This document shows positions 1 through 12,986 of a stretch of 64,000 nt of DNA, one piece after another. This stretch comes from Octopus vulgaris. Lineage: Eukaryota. Location of the stretch: NCBI GenBank assembly GCA_951406725.2, contig OX597823.1:6014001-6078000 (forward strand), read 5' to 3'. The notes beneath the pieces were generated by a model. It searched no databases and was not told the origin of the DNA. It saw nothing but the letters and a program-made list of their open reading frames with translations. The position numbers were made by a program, and so were the translations under genes. How positions within the stretch are numbered: the stretch's first letter is position 1; every line of letters starts with the position of its first letter.

Positions 1-197
1 AGGATGGTCACCGCTGGAACGTCTTTGCTCAACCAAGGTCACTGGGCATGAAAAGAGGAAACTGTGACTTTGTTTTTGATCTTTTTTCCCCCTTTTTTTT
101 CACTAATTGGTTAGGGAATGAAACTACATTTGACCAGAGCAGAGTTAAACAACCACCAAGACATCTAAAAGAGGAATAAAAGTCTGTTGGTTCTTAC

Positions 198-246
198 CTT
201 GCCAAAAGTAACTTCCAGGTGAACCAATTAATAATTTTACACCATT
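198..246 (-). CDS. Integrin alpha subunit, internal coding exon D
   Basis: ccttttcag|AAT GGT...TGG CAA G|gtaaga, 49 bp, phase 0 to 1. NGVKLLIGSPGSYFWQG is an FG-GAP repeat ('LLG.PGS..WQG'). The gene continues beyond position 1. Confidence 0.95.
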
Positions 247-291
247 CTGAAAAGGTGGGGAAAAATAAAATAAACATTAAAAAATTAGAAC

Positions 292-294
292 ATG

Positions 295-349
<55 letters not shown>

Positions 350-610
350 TAATAATAATAATAATAATTCTGTTGTGTTTGGGGAGAGTCATTTTGTTTT
401 TGTGCCTTAACAGAATATGCTTCAACACACGAACTCATATAAAGAATCTTGCAAACTAAATCCAAAAACGAAAAATAATAATAATAATAATAATAATTCT
501 GTTGTGTTTGGGGAGAGTCATTTTGTTTTTGTGCCTTAACAGAATATGCTTCAACACACGAACTCATATAAAGAATCTTGCAAACCAAATCCAAAAACGA
601 AAAATAATAA
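292..610. repeat. (AAT)n tracts plus a 129-bp tandem duplication
   Basis: Unit at 368 recurs at 497 with one substitution. Confidence 0.95.
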
Positions 611-684
611 TGATGATGATGATGATGATGATGATAACAACAACAATGAAAGGTAAAATACTTCATTGACATGGCCTGGCTCTA

Positions 685-1070
685 GGTGCAGGCATGGCTA
701 TGTGGTTAAGAAGCTTGTTTTGAAACCATGTGGTTTTGGTTTCAGTCCCATTGTGTAGTACCTTGGGTTAGTGTCTTCAACTATAGCCCTGGCCTGACCA
801 ATAATACCTTGTGGGTGAATTTAGTAGGCAGAAACTCTGTGTGTGTGTGTGTGTGTGTGTGCCTCTTTGTTTGTCTTCCCACTGCAGCTGTCAGGTTGTA
901 GTGGTTTGTTTACATTTTCTATAACTTAGCAGTTTGGCAAAAGACACCAACAGAATGAGTGCCAGACTTTAAAAATTAGTAGTGGGGTTGATTTCTGCAA
1001 CTAAACCCTTCAAAGTAGTGCTCCGGCATGGCTGCAGTTTAGTGACTGCAACAAGCGAAAGATAAAAGAT
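685..1070 (+). mobile_element. SINE family 1 (diverged)
   Basis: Same head, body and tail as 1862-2268. Confidence 0.8.
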
Positions 1071-1489
1071 ACTTCAAGGGAGAAAATGAATATTGATTAT
1101 ATGGTTAAACCATGACACAACCGATATGCTTGTAGGTTCAATCTCAGGAAAGGGCAGAGTGGGCAAGTATCTTCTGCTGTAGTCTTGGCTTTGCCTAAAC
1201 TTCAAAAGTGAAAATAGATTGATGGGAATTATGAGGAAATTGATCATTAAATTGACTGGAATTGTCCCTGAGACTCAGATATAACCTATCGATCAGTTTA
1301 ACACCATCACCTGGTTCTTTGATACCTTTAGCATGTTTCAAACATGTCCATTAAATCTGAGGAAAATTTCATATTTGGGAGTAAATGAAGACCCATCCTC
1401 CACGGCAGAAGTGTTAAGGCTCCCCCACCCCCACTGGCAAAGAGGGTTGACTTGCAAGAGTCCTTTACCAATGTCATGTGGAAAGCACT

Positions 1490-1708
1490 CAAGCTAGCAC
1501 CATCCAAAAGCACTTGGGCTGGTGCCATGTTAAAAGCACCTAGCACACACTGTAAAGTGGTTGGCATTAGGAAGGGCATCTGGCTGTAGAAACCAAGCCA
1601 AAATCTAGCTGTAGAAATCTGGTGCAACTCCCTGGCTTGTCAGCTCTGGTTGAACTGTTCAACCCATGCCAGCATGGAAAACAGATGTTAAAGGATGATA
1701 ATGATGGT
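1490..1708 (+). mobile_element. Degenerate RTE 3' end
   Basis: aaaagcacc...ggttggcattaggaagggcatc...cccatgccagcatggaaa...gatgat. Confidence 0.75.
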
Positions 1709-1861
1709 GAGCCAAGTGTACATATGTGTGTGTAAATGGATGTAGCCAGATATGTGTATATGTAAATGATTGTAGTTATGTTTGTACATGTATGTCTAAA
1801 GTATGCAGCTACGTATGTATATGTAAATGTGTGTTATCATGTATATATATATATATATATA

Positions 1862-2268
1862 GGCGCAGGAGTGGCTGTGTAGTAAGTAGCTTGCTTGCCA
1901 ACCACATGGTTCCGGGTTCAGTCCCACTGCGTGGCATCTTGGGCAAGTGTCTTTTACTATAGCCTCGGGCCGACCAAAGCCTTGTGAGTGGATTTGGTAG
2001 ACGGAAACTGAAAGAAGCCCGTCGTATATATGTATATATATATATGTGTATGTGTATGTTTGTGTGTCTGTGTTTGTCCCCCCTAGCATTGCTTAACAAC
2101 CGATGCTTGTGTGTTTATATTGCCGTCACTTTGCGGTTCAGCAAAAGAGACCGATAGAATAAGTACTGGGCTTACAAAGAATAAGTCCCAGGGTCGATTT
2201 GCTCGACTAAAGGCGGTGCCCCAGCATGGCCGCAGTCAAATGACTGAAACAAGTAAAAGTAAAGTAAG
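1862..2268 (+). mobile_element. tRNA-derived SINE, family 1 (full length, young)
   Basis: A box TGGCTGTGTAGT, B box GGTTCAGTCCC, core cttgggcaagtgtc, central (TG)n and tail gactgaaacaagtaaaa. Many copies in the window. Confidence 0.9.
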
Positions 2269-4489
2269 TATATACATATATGTATGTATGTCTAAATATT
2301 GTTTTGTTTTTTCTTCTCTGCTGCCCACAACCTGTCCTAGGGTGGGGAATAGACTAGTAAGACTGTTAGTAAGTTGGACCTTGCAGTGGTTGAATAAATA
2401 CTGCAGGAACTGGAGAAAACGTTGCACAAATGCTGCAAGAGTCCAACAGTATTTGCTCTTTGCATTTTGAGTCCATGAGTAGCAGATTGAATTCATTGCC
2501 TAGTTCAATCCCACCACGACCACCACCACTTGGTCCTCGGGTAGCTTTAGCAGGAGTCCACTCTGTGGTAAGCATATTAACAAGGTGTCAGGATAACTTG
2601 ATATATCTCAGTGTACCATTTCCGATTTTCTGCCATCCGCTGCCAGACTGGCAGTGGATGGTGCGGTGATAAAGTCATTGGAGTGAAGAACCTTGTAGTG
2701 AGGGTAATGAATGCTGCAAATAAATGTTGGGGGCGGGGTCTATTGAACATAGCTAAGTGTTTCAGAATAATTCATTGTCAGTGTCTTAGAATTTGGAAAC
2801 ATTAACTCATTAATGGAGGGGAGGGTGAGGGAAAAGGGGATTCCAGGTTAGGGAGTTTATCTCTTGTGGCAGCTGTAATAAGTGGAGCAAACATGTGCAT
2901 TCTTAACCCTTATCAACTAAAGAAGAGCCACTTTGCCAAGAGAAAAAGGATGGGGAAGAGGGGTTATTGGTATGGAGTAATCAGATTAGATGGGAAGAGG
3001 GAGAGAGGGACCCTAAATTCTTAGTACTAAAGAAATTCGCCATAAGGTTTCAATAACAGAAAACAAAAAAAGACGGAAAAGAAAAATATATTAAAAAAAA
3101 CCCTAAACAATAGAAATTAAAAGCAGGAAATGATGGGCATTCATTTAATTGCACAATTCAGATAATAAAATTAAAAAAAGATATAATGAAATAAATAAAA
3201 CAATATATAAATAAAAATACAATACAATAAACCATGGCAACAATTACAATAACAAGTTTTGAGTGAAGGAAAATGAAGAGTAAAGAGAAGATAAGAGTTA
3301 ATAAAAAAGATAGAGATCTGTCTTATAGTGTTTTATACTGAGACATGGGGGGGGGGGTCATTGCTGGCACGAAAACGATATTGGTTTCTTTATAGAAACA
3401 ATAAGATTTCAGCATTTTAAGGAAGGCGGAAATGAAACTTATGTGAAGTTCTTAGATTTCTTCAAAACTATTTGAAATTGCAGTGGTTAAAAACTTCTTG
3501 CAATGAAAAGAAAAAAAAAAGAGAGAGAAATGAGAAAAAAAAAAAAAAACTGGGCTAAATTTGGAGTTAGGTACTTGGCATCATCATTATCATCTTCATT
3601 ATTCAACGTTCAATTTTTCATGTTGGCATGGGTTAGACAGAATTTGTTGAGGCAGATTCTCCACAGCTGGATACCCCATTCCTATCACCAATCCTCACCT
3701 GTTTCCAACTAAGGTAATATTTCCCCGTAGCCAGACATTTTGCACAGGAGACTTGAAATGAACAACATCATTTGTATGACAAGGATGCTTGGCTCTAAAA
3801 GGGGTCTCAGGGAGTAGTATCCCTGCCTTCCTGAGCTAGTTTTCCACCACATTTCTTAAAAATCATGTTGGAGTCCTTGGTCTTGGGGCCACTCATGTCT
3901 AGAAACTGAGGTTGAGGGTAAGCAAGGGTATACTCCTCGTAGAAAATCCAGCTCCAAAAAAGCCTCATGATAGCAAAGGAGAATGGGCACCAGCCAGCTC
4001 AAAGGTTGGGGCGGGCTGCACCTGCCTACCCTGGTTGCTATGGCACTGAGATAGATCCAGTCACCCTCATTAATGGGGACACAACCTAGATTTAAAACAC
4101 TGGATGATGATGATGATGATGATGGCAAGAACTCAAGACAAGGCCACAAACAAATACCCATTTGTCTGCAAATTGCTGAAAAGAGCACATTGCTTTGGGC
4201 GTCCATTCTCATACAGAGTGAAATGACAGAATGATCCAACAAACATGGGTGTAACAATGTGTCAAAGCAATTGTAATGATATAAAATAAAGACTGTTGTT
4301 TCAATCCATCTTCTCCCATTTATCTCATTGTATAAACTTTACAGATATTGTGCAATTCCAGAATTATATCTGTCAGCAAAACTATTCCAACTCTATGATA
4401 ACAGCCTGCAGCCAATGACAGTGAGTGAGTTTTACTATACCTAATATAAGGTTTTTACCCAGATTTTATTCAACACATGTGTTATATAT

Positions 4490-4715
4490 AAGGTGGTGAG
4501 CTGGCAGAAACGTTAGCACACCGGGCGAAATGCTGAGTGGTATTTCGTCTGTCTTTATGTCTTTATGTATTTCGTCTGTCAAATTTGGCTGAGGTCAATT
4601 TTGCCTTTCATCCTTTCAGGGTCAATGAATTGAATACCAGTTTCATACTAAAGTCAATCTAATCGACTGGCCCCCACTCCCCCACAATTTTGGGCCTTGT
4701 GCCTAGAGTAGAAAA
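4490..4715 (+). mobile_element. tRNA-derived SINE, family 3
   Basis: aaggtggtgagctggcagaaacgttagc...tttgcctttcatcctttc. Minus copies at 31076-31283, 44060-44268, 50708-50916, 51355-51750 and 57706-57940. Confidence 0.8.
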
Positions 4716-4814
4716 GAACATATGTGCTATATATATGACAGGCTTCCTTCAGTTTCTGTTAGCCAAATCCATTCACAAGGATTTGGTTGGTCTGAGTGCT
4801 ATAATAGAAGACGC

Positions 4815-5720
4815 CTTAGAGTCAACCTAGCAAAAACCAAAGTCTTAATAAGTAGGAAGGCAGACAAATCGTAAATCCTGCTCGATCTGTAGAAAAGGCG
4901 TAGGTAGAAATGCCATAAGATGTACCTGGTGTAAGCTATGGACACATAAGTGGTGCAGCAATATCAAAGGAAGGATAACTAGGAAAATAGTTTTTGTATG
5001 TAGCAAATGCTCAGGAGCAATAAACACTGAAAATGTGCAGAGAACAGATTCTGTCACATTCCAGGGAGAAAAACTTCAAGTAGTTGATAGCTTCCGTTAC
5101 CAAGGTGATCAAGGTGGATGCTCTGAGAGTGACCAAGACCTTCGGAAATATGCTGTGCTTGAGAAGACCTGGCAAGCCAAGTGAGACTGTAATCATGGCC
5201 TATGCCAGTGCAGCATAACCAGCCCATTTAAGAGTACCCTTCAATCATTAGGCAATAAACTGCACTTGCAAAGACCTCTTGAGGCAAGTGAAGTCATTGT
5301 CATGGCCGATGCCAGTACCACCTGATTGGTAACTGTGCTGGTGGCATGTAAAAAGCATCCTTTGAACATGGTTGATGCCAGTGCCGCCTGATTGGTCCCA
5401 TGCCAGTGGCACATAGAAAGCACCATTCCAGTGTGGTTGATGCCAGTGCTGGCTAATTGGTCCCATGTCAGTGGTATGTAAAAAACATCATTCAAGCGTG
5501 GTCAAAGCCAGTACCGCCCGACTGGCCCTTGTGCTGGTGGAACATAAAAAGCACCCACTACGCTCTCGGAGTGGTTGGTGTTAGGAAGGGCATCCAGCTG
5601 TAGAAACTATGCCAAATCAAGATTGGAGCCTGGTGCAGCCATCTGGTTTGACAGCCCTCAGTCAAAATCGTCCAACCCATGCCAGCATGGAGAGCAGATG
5701 TTAAATGATGGTGATGATGA
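4815..5720 (+). mobile_element. Older, internally deleted copy of the same RTE LINE (PHD region + 3' UTR + GAT tail)
   Basis: 4815-5110 aligns by eye to 38861-39180 (ccttagagtcaa...tgctcgatctgtagaaaagg...ttccgttacc), followed by the ORF end and 3' UTR. Confidence 0.85.
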
Positions 5721-6118
5721 TTATTAAGCTGGTGTTAGGGACATAAATTAACATGGAATAATGATGGGAAGGTTTTAATTTCTTTAAAACAGGATGTTTG
5801 TATCGTTTCATGATACAGGCAGATTGGTGTCAAAAGGGTTTAAAAAATGAAAAGATACATTAGAAAATACTACAAATTTCCTGTTTTAAAGGGATCTAAA
5901 TCAAAATTTCATGCTAATTTATATTCCAAACTCTATCTTTCTGGTGAAATAAACTGCCAATGCTTCAATTAATTTTAACGATAATGAAGAATTTAGTAAA
6001 ATAACTTTCTCATTTTTAATCTGGTGTTTGCAACATAAATTGAAATGAAATTTTGATGAAAAGTTTTAAGACAGGAAGTTTGAATCATAGAACTATGGTT
6101 AACGTCAGGCAGGGTTAA
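5720..6118. mobile_element. Remnants of an AT-rich palindromic MITE family with gggtt(t)aa ends (piggyBac-like)
   Basis: Segments recur in both orientations here and at 60126-60690 (aaaatttcatgttaatttatgttccaaac). Confidence 0.45.
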
Positions 6119-7174
6119 ATTAGGGGTCAAAGTGAATAACGGAAGCAGTATTAAGGTGGTGAGTTGGTAGAGTGAGTAGAGCTGTGGATAGATTACCTCA
6201 TAGTATTTCTTCCAATTCCCTGCACTTTGGGTTCAAATTTCAATGAAGTTAACTTTACCTCATCATTTTTTTAAAGCAGCAGAATTGGTAGAGCAGTGGA
6301 TACCTTGTGTGTGTGTTCCAATGGCAATGCTTATGATAACACTAGAGCCAAGCTTTTATAGAGCCCTCATCAGCCAAGGAAGACCATGCATCTGAACATG
6401 TATATGCAAGCCTGTACCTCTATCCATTTGATGTTAATCCCAAGGGAAGGACCACTGGCTTGAAACCATACAGCTTGGCACTGTTGTTGTCTCAGAAATT
6501 GCTGTCAGAATGCAAAGAATCAAAACAGATTCTACAAAACACCAGGCTCCCACCACCTTTTAGTAGTTCCTCTAATCCACTGCCCTGGAGTGGTACTTAT
6601 TTTATCAACCCCAAAAAGATAAAAGGCAAAGTTGACTTCAATGGGTTTGAACTCAGAGTGCAGAGAGTCAGAATCAATATTCTAAAGCACTGTATCCAAC
6701 ATTCTAATAATTTTGGAGGTTATATTGGCCCTTGCCAATATAAATTCTAGAGTCCACCCTGTATTGTGGACCCTACCTTTCCCTCAGAAAACTGGTAGCA
6801 TGAAGAGTGGAGGCTTTCTTGTCTTTTGTAAAACCTTGCTCAAGTTTGTGCTTGTGAGAGAGATTTTGTAGACATTGACCTGTAATCTCATTAAATAAGT
6901 GGACATCTTGAACTGGATTAGCTATTTAAAGCCAGGTGGATTAAGCTATTAGATTGAGGGGGACTAGTCCATTAATATTTGGGTGTCAATGCCAAAGATA
7001 ATGCAAAATACCTGTAATAGAATGTAATATTCCAGCCTTGTAATTTATTGTCTCTTGTCTTGCTTAATTAAAAACTTTTCATTCATCAGTCAAAATTAGA
7101 GGCCAGCAACCATTTTCTAAAATACGTTTCTTTATATGTCTATAATTATACACCACTAAATATATGTTGGATGT

Positions 7175-7600
7175 GTGCATAAGAAGCTTGCTTTCCAACC
7201 ATGCATCTTGGGTTCAGCCCCACTGCATGGCACCATGAGTAAGTGTCTTCTTCTATAGCCCTGGGCTGATCGAAACCTAGTGGGTGGATTTGGTGGTCAG
7301 AAACTGAAAGAAGTCCAATGTGTGTGTGTGTGTGTGTGTGTGTGACGTTTTGACATCACATGATGGTGGTAAATGAGCATCACCATCATACAAGCAGCAT
7401 TGTTAGTTTCAAACCTTCTGTGGAAAGTGTCTCTGACCAAGGAGAGATACTACGATGCTTGAAAACAGGGCAGTAAATTGATGACAGGAAGGGTTAGGGT
7501 TAGGGTTAGTGTCTGTAGAAAGTTTGTCTCAACAAACCCCGTTCGATATATGCAAGCATGGAAACGTGAGTGTTAGAGGAATGACAATGATGATGATTAT
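7175..7600 (+). mobile_element. Composite SINE: family-1 head + RTE-derived 3' tail
   Basis: Family-1 head, (TG)n, then gacaggaaggg...tgtagaaa...tgcaagcatggaaa...gatgat. Related pieces at 12690-12970, 14755-15170, 17786-18150, 22765-23030, 35210-35435, 57955-58470 and 61555-61900. Confidence 0.7.
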
Positions 7601-7634
7601 AATGATTGTTCACAAAAACCAGGCACTATCTTAC

Positions 7635-7696
7635 CTTAGTTAAAGAGGCAGACATCCCGGCTTGACAATGTCCAACCTGGTGAAAACCCCATTTAT
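7635..7696 (-). CDS. Integrin alpha subunit, internal coding exon C
   Basis: ttaattttag|AT AAA TGG...ACT AAG|gtaaga, 62 bp, phase 1 to 0. (N)KWGFHQVGHCQAGMSASLTK matches the integrin alpha 'G.CQ.GFS..FTK' motif. Confidence 0.93.
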
Positions 7697-7892
7697 CTAA
7701 AATTAAAAGAAAATGTTTTTTTAAAGAAAATATTTACAATTGAAAATAATAAACAGTTTTATTTACCTTTCAAATGATGTCAACAATTTTTAATTTCTAA
7801 ATACCAGAACAAAACATTTTCATTTTTTCATTTTTGTTTGTGAATAAACATTTACAAGGCTTTGGTTGGCCTAAGTTTATGAAAGAAATTTG

Positions 7893-8063
7893 AGCAATCT
7901 TTTGTTTTGACTTGGAAAAATGTAAACAATGAATTCATTGGTTTCCATGACCACATGTTGCCTTGTTAATTGTCAGTTGGGACAGCTGACAAGATAACAT
8001 GTGGTCATGGAAACCAATGAATTCATTGTTTACACTTTTTTCAAGTCAAAACAAAAGATTGCC
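7893..8063. mobile_element. Palindromic (foldback) MITE inserted in a SINE
   Basis: ~80-bp arms that are near-perfect reverse complements around a 6-nt loop; flanks gaaatttg / aaaatttg (8-bp duplication, one mismatch). Confidence 0.8.
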
Positions 8064-8800
8064 AAAATTTGTGCCAGGTCCCGTGCAGTGGGATTTACCC
8101 TGAGACCACACGGCTGGGAAGCAAACTTAACCACACAACTGCTGCCTGTTTTCTGTCAACTGAATTTCCTCCCAAGGCTTTGGTCAGACATTCTGCCTGG
8201 GGATCGGGGGCAGACAAGGTTCTTAACCAGAAGCTTTGGACATGAAGGGAATGTTAGACAAATCCTATTGTTAACGAGACACCAATTATATTCATTCATT
8301 CCTTGTTCTTTTACTGTTGAAGTCATTGGACTGTGGCCATGCTGGGGCACCACCTTGAAGGGTTTAGTTAACTAACTCAACACCAGTATTTATTTCTTTT
8401 TAAATATAGTACTTATTCTATAAGTTCTCTTTTGCGAAACTGCTAGGTTACAGGGACATAAATAAACCAACACCAGTTGTTAAGCAGCAATGGGGGGAAA
8501 ACACGAAGACGTACATAGACATACACACATATGTGATGGACTTCTTTCAGTTTGATCAACCAAATCCACTCACAAAGCTGTGGTTGGCCTGGGACTATAG
8601 TAGAAAACTTTGTGGAATTGAACCCAAGACCACATGGTTAAGAAGCAAACTTCGTAACCACACAACCATTCCCAAGTGTACCACTCAACTGTGAAGATCT
8701 CTTCACATGAAACCAATGGTTGCCTTGATTGTCCACAAATAGAGAATGGTGTTGAGCACAATCCTCACTATTTGATACTAGTGTGTGTATTATATTCTTT

Positions 8801-9175
8801 TATTCTTTTATTTGTTTCAGTCATTTGACCTTTAGTCAAGCAAATCGACCCCAGGACTTATTCTTTGTAAGCCTAGTACTTATTCTATCGGTCTCTTTTT
8901 GCTGAACCACTCAGTTATGGGGATGTAAACACACCAACATTAGTTGTCAAGTGATGGTGAGGAGACAGCCACAGACACACAAACACACACACATATATAT
9001 ATATACACACACATATACGATGGGCTTCTTTCAGTTTCTGTCAACCAAATCCACTCACAAGGCATTGGTCGGCCCGGGGCTATAGCAGAAGACACTTGCC
9101 CAAGGTGCCACACAGTGGGACTGAACCCAGAACCATGTGGTTGGTAAGCAAGCTTCTTACCACACAGCTACTCCT
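8801..9175 (-). mobile_element. SINE family 1
   Basis: Reverse complement of 1862-2268; another diverged copy lies at ~8310-8670. Confidence 0.85.
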
Positions 9176-9208
9176 ATATATATATATATATAGGAGTATC
9201 AGGTGGTC

Positions 9209-9265
<57 letters not shown>

Positions 9266-10777
9266 TCTGTGCTGTTATTACTTAAATACACACACACACA
9301 CACACATATATATATCTGGTGAATGTCTACTGTGTATATATATATATATTCATGTATGCGTTGTGTGTCATGCATACAAGTGTTTATTTTTAATTTTAAG
9401 TTTACCTGCATGAACATGTGTGTGTGTGTGTGTTTATCCCTATGGGGTGTATAGGCATTTTCAGTTGCTCTGTTTGTAAATACACCATGTTAACGTGTAT
9501 TAAGCACAAACACACACACATTTATATGCGTGTGTGTGTGTATCATGGATGTATTTATATGTCTGTATGGTTTGCCTGTTGTCTGCTAGGAAGAGGATAG
9601 AATTATTCTGGCTTTGCTGCCAAGTGAGAGCAGGCCCCTATTATGGTCATAGAGAGTGGAAGCCAAAGAGAAGACGTGTGTTTATTGTTGGGAAGAGAAG
9701 CAAGGTTAATAAAGATGGAGATAAAGAGTTGAAGCTGTTGCTGTTGATGATGATGATGAGGATAAGATAAGGATAACAGAAGATACACCAGAAACTAAAC
9801 TGTGGGAAGAGGGGGAGAGAGAGGGAGAAAGAGAGAGAGAGGGAGGGAGAAAAGTATACTGGTGTATGGATAATTCTCACCTAACTGCATGCTGGGAATG
9901 GAGGCAGGGTGGGTGGGGGTACCGGCTGTGTGGGAAGGAAGGGAGAGAGAGAGGGAAAGAGAGAGAGAGAGAGAGTGAGAGAGAGAGAGAGAGATGGAAA
10001 AATGAAGAAGTGAAGGCGAAGAACAGCAAAAATAAAAGAAATTGTGAGAATATTTTTTAAAAAACCCAGAAAACTAGATAAATACTAAAAAATGGAGGAG
10101 GAAAGAAGAAGAAGAAGAAGAAGAAGAGGACTATGAGAAAGAAGATGACAAAGAAGACAGAGAGAAGATGATAAAGAAGAAAAGAAAGAAAAAGAGAGAA
10201 AGTAAAACAATAAAGAGGAGAGAAGAGAAAACAGAAGAGGAGTATGTGTTTTAAATGAGTACCCAGGTGTAAACTGGGTACCCATTAAAAAGTAAGTGAT
10301 TTCACATAAGAATTGTCCTTTTATTTGTTTTATATTCTGAGAAAGTAGGCAGAGTTTGGCCAAATGGTTAAGTTTACTTCTGAACCACCAGGTCTCAGGT
10401 TCAATCTCATTGTATGGCATCTCGAGCAAATGCCAGTTTCTGTAGTCTTGGTTTGACCCATATTCTATGAGTGAAATTGGGTTGATGGAAACTGTACAGA
10501 AGCCCATCAAGTGGATTGTAATTCAAAAAAGGACAGCCTTGTCATACACTGTGTCCTGCTGATTCTGCCTTAGAATTATGCTAAAGGTATGGTCTGTGGA
10601 ATACTCAGCCATTTATATATGTTAATTCAGTAGTTCAAATAACTGAATCCTCATCACTGAACAACAGAACCATGACCACCACCACCATCACCACTCTGAA
10701 TTATTGAGATTCTACCAAAGACATTTATTTTTTTCATGAGGTGTGCTTAGAGAAAAATCAAGGTAGTGATTGGTATC

Positions 10778-11130
10778 TTCTTTCACTTGTTTGAGTCATT
10801 AGACTCTGGCCATGCTGGGGCACAGCCTCGAACAGTTTAGTTGATGAAATTGCCTCTAGTGAATACGTTTAAAGTCTGGTACTTATTTTATCAGTCTCCT
10901 TTGCCCAACTGCTAAGTTATGGGGATGTAAACAAACCAATAGTTTTTCAAGCATTGGTTACACACACACACGACATGCTTCCCCACAGTTTCCATCTGCC
11001 CAATCCACTGACAAGGCATTGCTCAGTCAGAGGTTATAGTAGAAGATACTTGCCCAAGATACTGCACAGTGGGACTGAACCCAAAACCACACAGCTGCAA
11101 AGCAAGCTTCTTCATCACACAGCCATACCT
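10778..11130 (-). mobile_element. SINE family 1 (diverged)
   Basis: Reverse-complement similarity to 1862-2268. Confidence 0.75.
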
Positions 11131-11280
11131 GGACCTACATATAGAATCACTTTCTTCTAAGTGTTGTACAACATGCACATTTGCACACGTATACGCATAC
11201 ATGACTGATGCAAATTCTCCTCATATTAATACACACACAAGGACATATTCACACAAAGCCATTTACATTTACACACACAT

Positions 11281-11746
11281 CGAAATCAAATTCGATGACT
11301 GGCATCTGTGCTAGTGGAGCACTAAGAGCACCATCCGAGCGTGATCGCTGCCAGGGCAGCAAACTGGCTTCCGTGCTGGTGGCATGTAAAAAGCACCATT
11401 CGAGCATGATCGTTATCAGCGTCGCCTTACTGGTGCTGGTGGCACATGAAAATACATTCAAGTGAGGTCGTTGCCAGTGCTGCTCGACTGGCTCCTGTGC
11501 AGGTGGGATGTAAAAAACACCATTTGAGCGTGGCCGTTGCCAGTACCGTCTGGTTGGCCCTTGTGCCAGTGGCATGTAAAAGCACCCTTTACACTCATGG
11601 AGTGGTTGACGTTAGGAAGGGCATCCAGCTGTAGAAACTCTGCCAGATCAGATTGGAGCCTGGTGCAGCCATCTGGTTCGCCAGACCTCAGTCAATTCGT
11701 CCAACCCATGCTAGCATGGAAAGCGGACGTTAAACGATGATGATGA
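11281..11746 (+). mobile_element. RTE LINE 3' UTR copy inside a (CA)n tract
   Basis: ggtggcatgtaaaaagcacc repeats, aggaagggcatccagctgtagaaa, ccatgctagcatgg and GAT tail. Confidence 0.85.
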
Positions 11747-12355
11747 CACACACACACAGGTGAAGGCATGGCTATGTGGTCTAGAAACTTTCTCCCTATC
11801 CATGTGGTTTCAAGTTTAGTCTTACTAAGTCCCTTGTGCAAGTGTTTTCTCTTAAAGCCCCAGGCAAACCAAAACCATGTGATTGAATCTGGTAGAGAGA
11901 AATTGAAAGAAACCCTCTCTCTCTCCCTCTCTACCCCTGATGAATTTTGCAAACTATAGATAACATGACATCCCAAGTTTTAAAAGGATTAGTTTTGAGA
12001 TGAAGTCCAACGAATTGTACATGGGAAATGAGTGACATGCACATACGTTGTTACATTGTGTGTTCAGGACACTGGACAAAATTCTTAGCAGCATTTTGTC
12101 CATCTTTACCACTCTGAGAACAAATACCACCAAGGTCCACTTCATCTTTCATTGTTTTGGAGCACCAGGATGGGGTCGATGCAATTGATTTTCCCGCTTT
12201 CACTGAACTTGCTGGCCTCGTGCCAAAATTTGAAACCAATATTAATATTTATGTTGATAAAGTGTTTCCCATGTTGTAATGAAACAAGTGTAACTACAGA
12301 ATTAAAAATAATACCACAAATTCCAGTCTTTGTTTTGATATTAAACAAAAAAAAA

Positions 12356-12668
12356 ATGGCACTCCATTGGTTACTAAGATGAAGGTTCCAGCTGGTCTGA
12401 TCAACAGAACAGCCTGCTTGTGAAATTAACATGCAAATGGCCGAATACTCCACAGACATACGTGTTCTAAGGGAGGTCCAGTTTGACCCAGGATATGATA
12501 AGGTTGGCCCCTTGAATTACATGTACAACTCAATTTTTGCCAGCCGAGTGGACTGACACAACATGAAATAAAGTGTCTTGCTCAAGGACACAACACACCA
12601 CCAGCAGTTGAACTCATGACCTTATGATCATGAGTTGAATACTCTAACCACTAAGCCACGTGCCTTCA
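12356..12668 (-). mobile_element. SINE family 2
   Basis: Reverse complement of 24945-25270. Confidence 0.8.
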
Positions 12669-12986
12669 CTAACGTGTGTGTGAGTGTGTGTGTGTGAGTG
12701 TGTGTGTGTGCATGTGGGCAAATGTTTGTGTGTAGCTTTGTGTTGACATCAAATGGAGGTTGTAAATGAGTATCCCCATCATACAAGCGGTGTCCATTTC
12801 CAGTCTTCCATGGAAGACATGTCTGGCCATTGGGGGGAAATATTAAGCTTAACTGGAAACAGGTGAGGGTTGGTGACAGGAGGAGCATCCAGCCCAGCTA
12901 TAGAAAAAATCTGCTTCAAAGAATTTCGTCTGAACCAGGGCAGCCGTGGGGAAAGTGGACATCAGAACAATGCTGCTGCTGCCAAT

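Noticed and set aside
6340-6380. Hammerhead on the minus strand (CUGAUGAgggcuc)
   Set aside because: No properly placed GAAA or NUH.
7491-7509. Interstitial telomere (TTAGGG)3, also near 31648
   Set aside because: Only 2-3 units, consistent with slippage inside a SINE.
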